A stretch of 64,000 nucleotides of DNA, from assembly GCA_036785375.1 (NCBI GenBank), contig JAWMAR010000026.1, positions 7,998,001 through 8,062,000 on the forward strand, given 5' to 3'. The translations under genes were made by a program, and so were the position numbers. The stretch's first letter is position 1. Every line of letters starts with the position of its first letter. Below, one piece after another: positions 11,919 through 25,047 of this stretch. This DNA comes from Leucoraja ocellata. Taxonomy: Eukaryota. The notes beneath the pieces were generated by a model. It was not told the DNA's origin. It worked only from the letters and a program-made list of their open reading frames with translations, and did not search any database.

Positions 11919-13365
11919 GTGAGTCTTACTTGATGTTTCGAATCACAATACTGTCACACCGTAATAGGCCCTTATCATTCTCTATACCTTATCCCCAATG
12001 CATCCGTCGAAATGTCTGGTAAAAGTTGTAGCTGCCTCAGCGACCTCATCTGGCACCTCCTTCCATATACCCACCAGCATCTGCATGAAAAGGATGCCCC
12101 TTAGGTTCTTGGTAAGTGTTCCCCTCTCGCCTTCCCCGGAATTTAGTCCGCAAAATACAATATTCCACCATCACCCTTTGCTTCCTTACATGAAGCCATT
12201 TCTCTATCCAATGGCGAGCTCTCCCTGGACCACATGGGATCTAATGTTCCAGAGCAATGTACAAGTGCGCAACCTTGTCAAAGTCATTTCTGGTCCGCGC
12301 AGACAACGTCCACTACTTTGACCAAATTCGTTTATCCTAATAAAATTTATCACACTACTTTTAAAAGTTCATCTTAAACATTTTCAAACATGATCGGATC
12401 TTCCCACAGATTCCCAGTATTGTTTATTGTTGCTCCTAAATCTACCCTTTTCACTCTAAACTTTATTTATTCTCCGGGTAACATTAGATACAACTCCATA
12501 TGTCAAACGTATACATTATTCTGCGCGTTGCCTCTCACAAGACTTTTACGCATACATAAAGCTGCATCTCCCGTTCAGCGTGTTTTGCATATAATACAAA
12601 AATAACTCGCTTTACGAGTTAATTAAAGCAATTTTCTGTTTGATTGTACCACTTTGAACTCTGCATTGTCTGGTGTAGCACCATTGCGTTCCCAGCAGAT
12701 ACCCAACCCCGTCCTGTCACCAACTAGAGAGAGGTCAAGTCCTACCATCTACCTTACTGGAGATTCTCAAACTATCTTTTTCATCGGACTTCACTCGACT
12801 TTATCTTGAACTAAACGTTATCCTGTAATCCTGAATCTGTACAATGCGGCCGGCTTAATTGTAATCATGTTTAGTATTTTCGCTCAATGAATAACAAACA
12901 ACAAAAAGCATTTCACTGTGGCTCGGTACACGTGATAATAAACTAAAACTGTTTAGCATTAAAAAAGAAGAGAATCGCCCATGACAAGGAAATCCCAGAG
13001 GCAAGGTAGCTTTATTAGAGAGAGATGACCGAATGCTCTGTGCTCTATTTCAGAGACTTGGCTCACCCCTCGTCCCCAGACTGCTGCCCATGCCGATAGT
13101 TTCTACATTCCTCGCATGGACAGAATGGAGGCATTGGGGAAAGTGATAGGTGTTGACATCTGCCTCAACTAGCCCTCAGATACAGTGCTCCTGTCCAACT
13201 GCGTTATAACGCCGGTTTACTGTACTATATATTTCCAACAACATAATTAAAATACTTTGCTATTAAAGGAACGCCCAAGAGGTATGGTATTACACATTTC
13301 GAAAGCGATTATATTATCTTATAAAGATATAGGGGTACTTACTCCTTTGTCTTAAATCGTTTCAG

Positions 13366-13647
13366 TGTCACCGACGCCTTTGAAGATAAAACAGATGAAC
13401 GCTCCTTCCCTGGCCCTAAACTGTACAACTGCTCCGTTTTTCCCGGCGGACTGTGAACTCACTTGGTATAAAGATGACCAAGAAATAACTTCTGGAATAA
13501 ATACCACTAAAATACGGAACGAAGAGGGATTATACGTTGCTTCCAGCTTCCTGTATGTAGTGGATCGCCGATCGGTTTATAGTTGCCACGTGTTTCACGT
13601 CACCCTCCTGGTTCCGACCGTTGAAACTCACAGTTTTCCTGGAATGG
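13366..13647 (+). CDS. Gene B exon 3: C1-set Ig domain
   Basis: Acceptor cgtttcag|, donor G|gtatga, 282 bp. C1 motifs LNC-TTAPFFP-x6-W, GLY, YSCHVFH. Confidence 0.92.
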
Positions 13648-16600
13648 GTATGAGGTTTATACCTTCAATAACGTCCTGAGATATATCACTGTTTTATGTC
13701 AAGACATTTCATGAATTCCCACCCAAAACTTACGCTAGACCGTTTTTAAGTATTTGGATGGAGATTGCGGGCATGTCTTTGTTGTAATGGAAAGGTATGA
13801 CAGTCTACGAAACTAGATACGGGTTAGTAAGAGATATCGCGCAAAGATGACAGTTGTGTTTGCATGTTTGTGTAATAGGGACGCTGGAACTCGCTGTTTA
13901 TCTCCGATCATATAGAGCTCTACAGCATGGAAGCAAGGCCCTTCGGCCCGCCCCGTCCACGTCAAGCAAGTTGGCATTCTGGCCTAGACCCATCTCTCCG
14001 CATTTGACCATTTCCCTTCTAAATCTTTCCTATCCAAATATCTATCCAAAATTCCTTTGAAAATCACAATTGTGTACGCTTCTGTAGCTTCCTCGGAAAG
14101 AAATTGCCCCTTGGACCCCTCGTAACCTCGTAAAACGACTGTAAGCATTCACTTTCTCTACGCCCATCATAATTTTATATACTTGAATTAGGTAAACCTC
14201 CCATGCCTCATGGGAAGAGCTCACAACCTGCTCAGCATCACCGGATAACTCCATCCATGAATTCCAGGTAATACCTTGGTGAATCCTTACTGCACCTTTT
14301 CCAACATAATGACAATCCAAGGATGATCAGGACTGCACACAGAACACCAACAAGTCGTCTCAGCAAATACTTGTAAAGCTGTTTCCCTGCATAATAAGGA
14401 CATTGCTTAAATGTAAAATAATGTGTAGTCGTATCGCTGTAACGTTGGAGAGGGATGGTAATCCAACATGGAAACAAGTTCCACGGGACCAAACCAATGA
14501 ACCGGAGGGCAGAGACCAAGGGAAATTTAGTAACATACGCGGTCATTAACTCAGATATTTTTTTTAATCATCGTTGCTGATCTGTGATGGGATTCAAATA
14601 GAAGAGGAAAATGAAAATAAAGGAGAAATAAGAAAATATGCGAACACAATACGGATAAACGATAATTCCAGCTGATGGTTTCTATGTTTAGTTAATTTTA
14701 TGCGCCCAGCATCTGGAATTTATTCCATTATTTTCATTCATAGAAACTGCCAGTTTTCATCCAATTTTCTGAAATTGGTGAATTCATTGCTCAGGTCTAA
14801 GGTTGCTTGCAGTTAGAAGAGATTCCATAACACATTCTTGTGACTTCGTTGAGGTAGGACGAGAAGTAAAGGAAACAAATTGAAAATGTAAGATGGATTA
14901 CGATTTTAGGTACAATTGGAAATTGAGTTAACATCTTCATATTGACAGTGTTAGTTTTAGAGATACCGCGTGGAAACGGAGCCTTCAGCACACCAAGTCC
15001 ACGCTGATCATCGATCACCAGTATATAGTTCTCTGTTAGAACACTTTTTCATCCACTCCCTGGACACTGGCGACAACTTACATAAGCCAATTAGCCTACA
15101 CACTTGCACATCCATTCTATGTGGGATGTGCGAGGAGACCATATCACCCGAAGAACACCAACGCAGTCACATTGAGAACGTACACCTTCCACACGGACAG
15201 CATTCATGGTTCGGATCAAACCTGTGTCTCTCGCGCTGTGATGCAGCAGCTCTATAGCTGCGCCGCTGTGCTTTCGCAGCTCTCGTTTGCATTTGGTGTT
15301 TCCCAACTAAAATAGACCTTACCAAATATACTGGAGCAATTGAAATCTGAAAAGGTGAACTGTGGCGGGAGTACGCAGATCACTGGATGGTGTTAATGGA
15401 AGTTTTGAATGGACAAACATTATAATATCTATCGCCCAATGCGCAGGTACGGTGAGAAGGCAAATAGGTGTTCGCGGATACAGGACAGTGAAGATGGTTT
15501 GTGGTGAAATAATGCCTTTGCGAGAAAGAAAGTGGAGGGAGATCAGCAGTCAGGCGGTCCGATGGTCGCTTAATGATTCATTGAAGTTAGAGGGTAGTAG
15601 CATGGAAGAAGTTTACAAGAATGGACCCGGGAATGAGTAGGTTAAATTATGATGAGCGTTTGTCGGCACTATTCGCTAGAGTTTAGAAGATGAGACGGGA
15701 CCTCATTGAAACATACAGAATAGTGAAAGGCTTGGATAGAGTGCATGAGGAGAGGATATTTCCATTCGCGGGCGAGTCTAGGACCAGAGGTAATAGCCTC
15801 AGAATTAAATAATTAAAATAAGGCCGTGGAGGCCGTCAGTGGATATTTTTTAGGCAGAGATTGATTAGTACAGGTGTCAGAGTTTATGGGGAGAAGGTGG
15901 GACCGTGGGGTTAGGAGAGAGAGAAAGATCAGCCACGTTGGAATGGCGGACGGCCGAATGGCCCAATTCTACTCCTATCCCCGATAACCTCTCCTGCTGT
16001 CTCGATTGCTGCCGCATAAATCCACACGTCTTTGAGATGTTGGAGAAACCTGGAGCACCATGAGGAAACCCAAATGATTACAGGGAGAGAGTGCAAACTC
16101 CACATAGACAGGGCCCAACGCCCAAGTTAAAATTGAACCTGTATCTCTGGTGCTGTGAAACAGCAGCTCTACTAGATGTGTCGCTGTTGAGCACAAGGTG
16201 GTGATTGCCCTTCTCAGGGAACCCAAGGCCTGTTAAATCATCCTACGGAATGTTTCTGTGCCTTGCACTTGCTAAATGGCACCCATTGGTCTGGGAGTTG
16301 CAGGTTACCAATTGAAATAACGGGATTTTTTCGAACGCATTACTAATTGTGCAGCACTTAAAATTACTTAAGATTACTTACAGATTAACGGTGAATCTGT
16401 GGAATAATTTGCTACAGAAGGCTGTGCAGGCCGTCAGTGGATATTTTATAGGCAGAGATAGATAGATTCTTGATTAGTACAGGTGTTCGACGGTATGGGG
16501 AGAATGCAGGAGAATGGGGTAAGGAGGAAGAGATAGATCAGATATGATTGAATTGTGGAGTAGACGATGGACCGAAAGGCTTAATTCTACTCCTATTCCT

Positions 16601-18853
16601 TGTGACCGTATGAGCTTATGGACAAGGAGAAAGCTGGTCTTGTTCCAGGTGGGTGTTGGGACTAGATATCAGAGCAGCAGACTGATAAATTGAGCATGCA
16701 TGGTTGTGGACCAAACAATGATGGAGGCAAACACGTTGAGGTAAAGGGTGCTTATAGAAACAGCGATTCAAGGTTTCAAGGTCCGTTTATTGTCACATGT
16801 ACCAACTAAGGTCCAGTGAAGTTTGCGATTACAGAACGTGCGATTATCAGAAAATGCCAAACAATGTCTCAGAAAATACATATAGGTAATGGAGCCCGGT
16901 CACCTGGCTGAGTCGGAGGAAATGCGCTGGAGATAACGGTGCCAGTACGAGAGCTTGTAATGTGAATTAACGCAATGGCACAACCTCCTCGCTTACATGT
17001 TAGTTCTTTCTTGATAAATAATAAGATTTCCATTAGCTAAGTACCTGCTTTAACTTTAGTCACCATTATGAAATTCTCTCGACAGGTACCCCCCATTGTA
17101 TATTTTGTTCTTTTGTTTGATAAACCCAATCGTTTAATCTTGGTTGTCTCTTCATCGTTTGAGTTTTCATAAGGTACAAATGATAAATATAAATTTCCAC
17201 TTCCCCACTATTATGAATAATAAGCTCAATCGCAGCGACGGAGACTGTATACTTTTCTCCAGCCCCAAACCCAACGGTTCTAGTGTACACATTTTATGTA
17301 GTTAGAGGAAGAAAACAGGTGCTTGGGATCAGCTACCCCAATTGTACAAAACCTACTGTCGCCCCATTTCATTCCCTGCACAGTTCCACCAACTCCCCAC
17401 AAAATGACCATCACATTAATGACAAGGATAGTCACAAAATTCTGGCGTAGCTCAACGGGACAGGCAGCGTCTTTGGAGAGAAAGAATGGGTGACGTTTCG
17501 GGTTGAGACCCTTCTTCAAACTTAATGACTACGTATAATGGCAAATTAACCAACAATCCTGCAAGTGGTTGAGATTTGGGAAGATGTTAGAGTACCCTAC
17601 GAAGTAACGTGATCACCGTAGCAATATCAAAACCCCGGAGAACACTGGAGGCCAGATTTGATCCAGGGTCTCTGCAGATGTGAAACAGCAGAGTTAATAA
17701 CTGCGAAGATGTGCCAGAGTGTCACTTTCTCGGGGTTGTATAACGTGACTTACGTCTATATTGTTCAAACGATTTTGAAAGCTGGGATAGTGCATGTGCA
17801 ACACATCAATGGTGAATCAATGATTGGTCCGCCAAACCCTCTCAGAGATATATCACAACTCAGAATAATTCTGATCTTGTGTTGATAAATGAACCCTATC
17901 TACTGCAGTTATCTTTCCAAAATTTCAACAGTCGGTCGATATTTCAATTAAACAGCCTTTACGATATTAATGATCCCAAAACAGAAGACACAGTCCCGAA
18001 ACCCAGTAGAATAATCTATTTTACCGAATACTAAGTACATTACAGATCGTGCACGAGAAATCGTGTTTTTATTATGCGCAGTGGAATATATTTTTGATGT
18101 TTTCATTCCAGGTAATTCGTTTCCTTAATGTTTATATTTTGATTGCCGGAGAGTTGGGAGCTTCCTCCCTGTCACCAGTAACACGGCGAAACGGGGAGAG
18201 GGGGTGACAAGCGCATCCGTACAATGTCAAAATAGTATGTAGACATAAAGTGCGAAGGAGAAACAAGGGGAAATGTTTGAGATACTCAACAATCAGACAG
18301 TATGAAGAGTAAAAAAAAGCTCAATCTTTATAGGCTACTGATTGACATTTTTAAATTTTAGAATCCGTATTAAGGATGCATTTTGTTTGGAATTTTGACG
18401 AGATGCCACACGTGAGGCCGCTGAATAAAATAGAAGCGCAAGGCATTAAAGGCAAGGGATTAGCACGGATTAGAGATTGGCTGACTGGCAGAAGGCAAAT
18501 TGTGCCAATAAAGGGCCCTTTTGTGGTTTGTAGCGGTTGACTAGTGGTGTTCTGCAGGGGTCGGTGTTGTGTCTGCTACATTTTACATTATATGTAAATC
18601 AGGATGATGAAATTGATGGCTCTTTCGCCAATTTTTCAGATGACATTAAGGTGGGTACAGGGGCAGATAGTGCTGAGGAGGCAGGGAGGACTTGGACAGC
18701 TTGGGAGAGGGGGTAAATAAGTGGCAGATGGAATTCAGCGTAATAAAGTGAAAATGTGGAACCCATTCTGTAATCCCTGGTTCGTGTACTCTGATTATTT
18801 AATGAAGATAACCTCTGAAAAGTTATAATATTCAGCTTTTATTTTCCCTTTAG

Positions 18854-18964
18854 GAACACGCGTTAAACTCGTCTGCTTTCTGGCGGGTGGATTTGCCATA
18901 TGCGTGCTAATTATTCCAGCGTTGGTATGTTATGTCAGGCGGTACAAATTACACAGTACTGAAG
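18854..18964 (+). CDS. Gene B exon 4: transmembrane exon (GTRVKLVCFLAGGFAICVLIIPALVCYVRRYKLHSTE)
   Basis: Acceptor ttttccctttag|, donor G|gtaaga, 111 bp, phase 1-1. Uncharged hydrophobic stretch followed by basic stop-transfer residues. Confidence 0.85.
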
Positions 18965-19583
18965 GTAAGAAGTGATTTGATCCTTGTACGAAATTAGCGA
19001 CACAGTGCTGGAATAACTCTGCGGTTTGGCAACATCTGAATAGACAATGGATAGGGGACTTTTGGGGGCTGAGCCGGAACTTCGACTATCGATGTCCCCC
19101 GTAGATGCTGCCTAACCCGCTGAATTACTTCCGAAAATAGCAATGTTCAGTTGAAGGTGGAACGAGAAGTGCTGAAATAACGATTTAGACCACAGGGCCT
19201 TTTGCCGGCCGCAGCATTCTGTGGCAAACATCATTTTAACCGGTTTAAGCCGTTGGTTGCAAAATCATTGTTTTTGTTTGTTCTAAAAGAAGGCGTTTTT
19301 AAACACTTGGTGAAATGCTGCAAAGGTCGGGTTGTTTAAATAGGGGCAGTTATCACAGGAAAGCGGAAGCAAACAATAGGGTTTCAACTTTTCCGTGCGC
19401 TTTTCCTTAGCATTAGGACTAACGAGGAGAGGATTTGTTTAAATAACAAGATAGCATGATCGCAATGGTCAATTTCTGCAGCCGAACGAATCTGGTCACA
19501 ACTCGATTATTAACTGATTATCGGCAGGCAGGTTGTGATACGTTGATGATTAAATGTGGTCGTTTTATTATGTTCTCTACTAG

Positions 19584-19627
19584 CACCAGAAAATATTGAG
19601 GCCAGAACCTACCATTTCGAAACACAG
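19584..19627 (+). CDS. Gene B exon 5: short cytoplasmic exon (APENIEARTYHFETQ)
   Basis: Acceptor ttctctactag|, donor CAG|gtaatt, 44 bp, phase 1 to 0. Same length and phase as gene C exon 5. Confidence 0.72.
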
Positions 19628-20263
19628 GTAATTGTTTTGATGGTTTAACAGGATATTGATGGGACAACAGGATGGATTCACTTTTCGAGAAACTCTCTAT
19701 GTGCACCGTTTGCACTTTTCCTTATCCTCCCATATTCTTATGATATAGCCCATTATCGTCAGCGACGTGTACTTGCGTATCCTTCGAGTTATCCTAAATA
19801 GTTTATGTCTAATCCGTCTGTGTCGCGCGGATTATTTACTTAGTGAAGCATCACAACCGAGGCCCATCCTGTTCCAATTCAAAATTCACACGTCATATTT
19901 TTTTCGGAGTAGCTCGTTCTGATATATGACGGAAAATCTGCTAACATGTCTGAGCCCAGAAATCGCGTCAACTCTATATTTTCCTCGAAGTAATCATCCA
20001 ACACACTTCCGGTCAGTGTTTTGCCCCATGCGTTTCACGATTTGGCTAATAGTTCACTAATTATTCAGGAAACTCAAACCAATTAGATACGAGTTGCTTC
20101 CGTTTACTTTTTTAGTAATCTCATCATAGGGAAGTAACCATATATAACGATGGAATGACTGGTCGTGCAGACCCAGCTTCCACCCGCTTGTTGTGTGTTT
20201 GCTCGTCTTCGCAGTTGTTTGTAAATGCGGAGTTTATTCCCTTTCAAATAAATGTTCCCTCAG

Positions 20264-20350
20264 TATCCTTCGTATGCAGATATGAACTTCAGCGGACAGA
20301 AGAAAACTACGAAAAACAAACGCCACGAAGAACGAACAACCTATGGCCAG
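20264..20350 (+). CDS. Gene B exon 6: cytoplasmic exon (YPSYADMNFSGQKKTTKNKRHEERTTYGQ)
   Basis: Acceptor gttccctcag|, donor CAG|gtatgg, 87 bp, phase 0-0. Aligns by eye to gene C exon 6 (EERTTYGQ vs EESTVYAQ). Confidence 0.75.
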
Positions 20351-20446
20351 GTATGGTAAAAGCGGAAGTGTATTGCAAGGAAAATCCGTGTACGTCGCCC
20401 ATATGGGCGAATCAGCAGCTCATGATCTCTGATTATTTTTCGACAG

Positions 20447-20569
20447 GTCAAAGAAGTGTCAGAACATAAACTGACCTATGCAACTCTGGATCTCGCCGCT
20501 TCTCTGAAGCATTCAAGAACGGCGAAGAACAATGAAACAGAGTATGCAGGAATCAAGATTTTTCAATAG
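20447..20569 (+). CDS. Gene B exon 7: terminal coding exon with ITIM (LTYATL) and ITSM (TEYAGI)
   Basis: Acceptor tttttcgacag|, reads VKEVSEHKLTYATLDLAASLKHSRTAKNNETEYAGIKIFQ*, TAG ends at 20569. Confidence 0.85.
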   Translation, partial: VKEVSEHKLTYATLDLAASLKHSRTAKNNETEYAGIKIFQ

Positions 20570-20754
20570 CTGTGAAACCAGCTAGCGTCCATTCACTCTG
20601 AAGCGAACGATATTTCAATTACATAAACCTGATTAACATTGTGTCACAGATCGTACAGACAATCATTTACAAGACAATGCGCAGTGAGCAGGGAATTTTA
20701 ATGAGAGATGATCTACTTTGATGAATGTTACCCTTGAAAAGGGCTGTTCGGCAC

Positions 20755-20760
20755 AATAAA
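20755..20760 (+). promoter_or_regulatory. Candidate polyadenylation signal of gene B
   Basis: AATAAA about 185 bp after the stop codon. Confidence 0.55.
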
Positions 20761-21709
20761 CGCCTTTCACCGCAAATCCTAGCCAACCGCATAAGATCAT
20801 CGCTCTACCTTTTTCCTATCTAAGTGCCTGGGGAAATGCAAGTGAAAGGCTGTATTTTTGTCAGCTCGTCCATGGTAGTAACCACATTCTGTGTACATAA
20901 TTATCCCACGCTTTTCCACTCATCTAATTTTAAGCATACCCTCGCCAGTTAAACATATCTCCACAATATTAAGATAAAGACCCTGAACATCTATCCTGTC
21001 TGTACTCCTCATAGTTTAAGAAAACTGAACATATGCATCGTATGAAGCATTTTATCGGGATGTATCACAGGTGGCGTGGGAATAGCTCCATCCTAGACCG
21101 TAAGAAATAGCAGAGAATCGTGGACCAGCCCAGACCGTCACGCAAACCATCTCCCTGCCATTAACTCCATCTACACTGCGCGCTGCCTCGCAAAGCCATC
21201 GGTATAATCAAGGTAGGGTCTCAACCAGAACACTCCATCTTCTCCCCTCACCCACCAGGCAAGAGGGACAGAGTATGAAAACGCATACGTCCAGATCCAG
21301 TGACAGTTTCTTCCCAGCTGTGGTCGTGTCATTTGGATGGGAACATACAGGGCAAGATTAGCAAGTTTGTTGATGATACAAGTGAGTGGTTTTGCAGATA
21401 GTAAAGATTGTTGTGAAAGATAGCAGCAGGATCTGGATCGATTAGCCAGGTGGGCTGAGGAATGGTTGATGGAATGGAATACAGAGAAATGTGAGGTGTT
21501 ACATTTTAGAACACTTATGGGGTGAAATTTGATAGAATTGTCATGTATACCTCAAGCGTATGAGGCTGAATGGCGACCTGCTACACGTGTGTCAAATTAT
21601 TGAAGGAATAGACATTGACGATAGTCAGAATAGATTTCCAACTCAAGCCATATGAGAATCAAGAAGGCAGAAATAATAAGCAACACTGACATTCAAGAAG
21701 TAAAACGGA

Positions 21710-21715
21710 TTTATT
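21710..21715 (-). promoter_or_regulatory. Candidate polyadenylation signal of gene C
   Basis: AATAAA on the minus strand about 1.1 kb after the stop, at the edge of unique-looking sequence. Confidence 0.4.
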
Positions 21716-22829
21716 GATTCACAGAGATTAACAGCAAAAGTAATTACTACGATATATTGGTATTATATAGATTTAGCACGGAAATGTTCACCCACAATAA
21801 AAAGATGACGTCCATGCTGCGGACAATTCAATTGACGAGGAAACACCGACTGTATCGACTGTACATGTCCCAGTCGTACTAAAAAAAGCCGCATGTACCC
21901 GGCTTCTACTCTTGCCGATTAGCGGTCTAACCTGAAGAGTCTATTTTTAATTCTTGCAACATTTACTGTTCGATAAGATATGACCCCTGAGTACAAAAAC
22001 ATCTCCACGTCAGTTCACATACAGATCCTTACGTTAGTTAATGGACAATTTGCATGATCTGAAAGATGAATACTATTGGAAAATTCATAATTGGTGCTGT
22101 CACTGGGCCGGTTGGGTACAAAAGAGCAATTGTTTAGTCAGTAAGAGCTTGAAATAATCCATATTGTTTGCAGAATATTCGAATTTGTGTTTTCAATAAG
22201 GAAAGCATGGATCCATAAATAAACTGAACAGAACCCAACAAATACAGAACTTCCAGCGATAATGTTCCAAATGCACTGGAAAATATGGCGGCTTGACACT
22301 ACTCAACATTCCTGCGAATTTTGCAGTGTGAGGCAGATTACGATTTTACACTTTGGTTGATGTTTCCTGTATTGATATTCATTTCTTCAGCCATGCGTTC
22401 AGGTCGGCCATGTATTGTCTGTAAAATAGTGTTTCATAACATAGTCGTCAATTCATTTCAGCTTTTGCTTTGACAGCTGTCCCTCAGTAACTACGCCACC
22501 AAAATAAATGCAACGTTTTAATTGATAGACATACTCGTCCAATGGAATACAAGATATAAAACAGCCACATGGTCTTTGCCACTGATCATTTGCAACTGAA
22601 TTGTGCGTTTACTTTCACCTATGATATAATTTGTCATGTTTAATAGAAGTGTTTCAGTCGACAATCTGCGCATTTCAAGAATTCACTGAATTGAAAAATC
22701 TCCTATCTCATCGCTCGAACAATGTATTGGTAAATTATCCTTGATCAGCTTGTTTTCATATTGATTAATTCCTTTCTTCTTATAATTATTTCAACATTTC
22801 GTGACTAAGAAATTATAAGGTTTTAGCTT

Positions 22830-22889
22830 TTAGCCGTCTACTACTGTATAAATTATCTTCTTGGTGCTTCCTGTCCAGAATAATTGAAT
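22830..22889 (-). CDS. Gene C exon 7: terminal coding exon (IQLFWTGSTKKIIYTVVDG*), completes the ITSM and adds ITIM IIYTVV
   Basis: Strong acceptor ttttctctctcgcag|. The phase-0 frame supplies the Ile of TVYAQI and a further IxYxxV motif. Confidence 0.68.
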   Translation of the reverse strand: MQLFWTGSTKKIIYTVVDG

Positions 22890-23954
22890 CTGCGAGAGAG
22901 AAAACATGCTATTTGGCCGATCTTATCCATGCTGGTCATCAACCAGCTCTATGTACTTCACCGTCCCCAGCATCCTCACCATTTAAAGCATCAACATGAG
23001 GCATTTCCTCAAGATGGTGGCATCTACCGTCTAGGCTCCCAACCATAAGGTACATGCCGTCTCACGCCTCTACCATCCTGCAGGAAGCGCAAAGGCCTAA
23101 AACCCCACGCCACCAGGTTTAGGACCAGGCACTTTCCTACAACCATAAGGTTTTTGAAGTAGCCTGCTCAATCCCAATTCTACCTCACCAATAAAACACG
23201 ATGGCACAACTATGAGCTTGTTTTTTAAGGGTGTTTTGCAATCATCTCTTTTTTTCTGCCATATTGCTTATTTTTTCTACTGCCCAGCAGAAGTTACTTA
23301 TGACTTAAGTATAATTATGTATGTCATGTTGTAGTATGCCTCCTGATTCTTGGTGCCGGTGATGCTGCTGCGAGTAAGGTTGTATCTGGCTATCCCTGTG
23401 CAAATGATAATAAACGCAAATTCAGTCCATATGACACCATGAAATCTTTCCTCCATTTCAAAGCAGAAGTTAAGTATATGAAAAAACCCCAATTCCATTT
23501 GTCTGGATGAGTTCCAGTAACTCCACGGAAACGACATAATTCCGGAAAAAGCAGTCCATCTCAGCAACACCAGCCCATCGCCCTACGCACATTTCTTCCA
23601 ACGCTGGAAGGGCAGTATGGAAATACTTGGCAGGTTTCTGTCAAGATCACACACCACCCTGACATAGGGATTTTATCATTAGTCCTTCACCGTCATTGGG
23701 TCTACTTTTCTGGACTGCCTCCCAATAACAGCGCGAGTCTAGCAAGTAGATTGCAGAAGTTCAAGGATGCGGCTATTACGATCTCCTCAATCGCCGTTAG
23801 GAATGATCAATAAATATTGGCTTGGCCGAGATGACGAAATCCATCCAAAATGATCGAAGCAAAGAGAGAGCGAAAGAGCCAATGTTGGCGGTTATATCTA
23901 CATGTTCTTGATTTCATTCTACTGGTTGTAGCTGGGGAGGGGGGGGGGGGGGGT

Positions 23955-24846
23955 AGATGAGGGAATTAAAAGTAACAATATTTACATGAGGGAACTAAAA
24001 GTAACATTAGCAAATTTGCAGATGACACAAGTCTGGGTTGCAGTATAAACTGTGAAGAGGATGCTATGAGGATTCAGGGTGACTTGGACAGGTTGGGCGA
24101 GTGGGCAGATGCATGGCAAATGAAGTATAATGTGGATAAATGCAAGGATATCTACTGGTGGAAAGAACAGGAAGGCAGATTAGTATCTGAATTATGTCAG
24201 GTTAGGAAAAGGGGAGTACAGCGAGACCTAGGTGTCCTTGTACATCAGTCACTGAAATTAAGCATGCAGGTACAGCAGGCAGTGAAGAAAGCTAATGGCA
24301 TGTTGGCCTTCATAACGATAGGAGTTGAGTATACGAGCAAAGAGGTCCTTCTGCTGTTGTACAGGGCCCTGATGAGACCACAACTGGAGTATTGTGTGCA
24401 GTTTTGGTCTCCTAATTTGAGGAAGGACATTGTTGCTATTGAGGGAGTGCAGCTTAGGTTCACAAGGTTAATTCACAGGATGGTGCGACTGGAGCGACTG
24501 AGCTTGTATTCACTGGAATTTAGAAACATATAAAATTATTAAGGGATTTGCTAGATGCAAGAAACATGTTCCCGATGTTGGGGGAGTCCAGTCCTTAAAG
24601 GGACCACAGTTTAAGAATAAGGGGTAAGCCATCTAGGACTGAGATGAGGAAAAACGTTTTCACCCAGAGGGCTGCAAATTTGTGGAATTGGAGGCAGTAG
24701 AGGGCGATTCCATTGGATGCATTCAAAAGAGAGTGAGATAGAGCTCTTTGGATGATCAGCCATGAACACATTGAATGGCGGTGCTGGCTCGGGGGACCGA
24801 ATGGCCTACTCCTGCACCTATTGTCTATGCATCTATTCATCTATGT
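23955..24846 (+). mobile_element. CR1 LINE 3' fragment in gene C intron 6
   Basis: KFADD region, RPQLEYCVQFWSP, CR1 3' UTR and tctatg-type tail. Confidence 0.88.
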
Positions 24847-24936
24847 AACGACAGTCACCTTGCATAGATAATTGGTTAACATGCATTCTTCTTTGATTCG
24901 TGAGTTATTCCATTAATTGGCTCTTGTTACACTTAC

Positions 24937-25047
24937 CTGGGCATACACCGTGCTTTCTTCAACGTATCTGCATTTAGTAGATGGTTTTAGACCAGCGATG
25001 TTTAGAGTAGTATACGTTAACTTTGGATCACATTCGGATTGCATTGT
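24937..25047 (-). CDS. Gene C exon 6: ITIM (LTYTTL) and first part of ITSM (TVYAQ)
   Basis: Acceptor taactttcag|, perfect donor CAG|gtaagt, 111 bp, phase 0-0. Reads TMQSECDPKLTYTTLNIAGLKPSTKCRYVEESTVYAQ. Confidence 0.82.

Noticed and set aside
13648-13679. Secreted isoforms by read-through of C1 exon donors (also 35152-35213)
   Set aside because: Short read-through to a stop is expected by chance, and there is no nearby poly(A) signal or other support.
17236-17295. Minus-strand FGAGEKYTV resembling a J segment in gene B intron 3
   Set aside because: No convincing heptamer/nonamer RSS at 12 or 23 spacing and no splice donor after the motif; probably chance.
19411-19443. Possible extra gene B exon after the ttttccttag acceptor
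   Set aside because: The required phase hits a stop after 10 codons, and the 44-bp exon at 19584 fits the paralog structure better.
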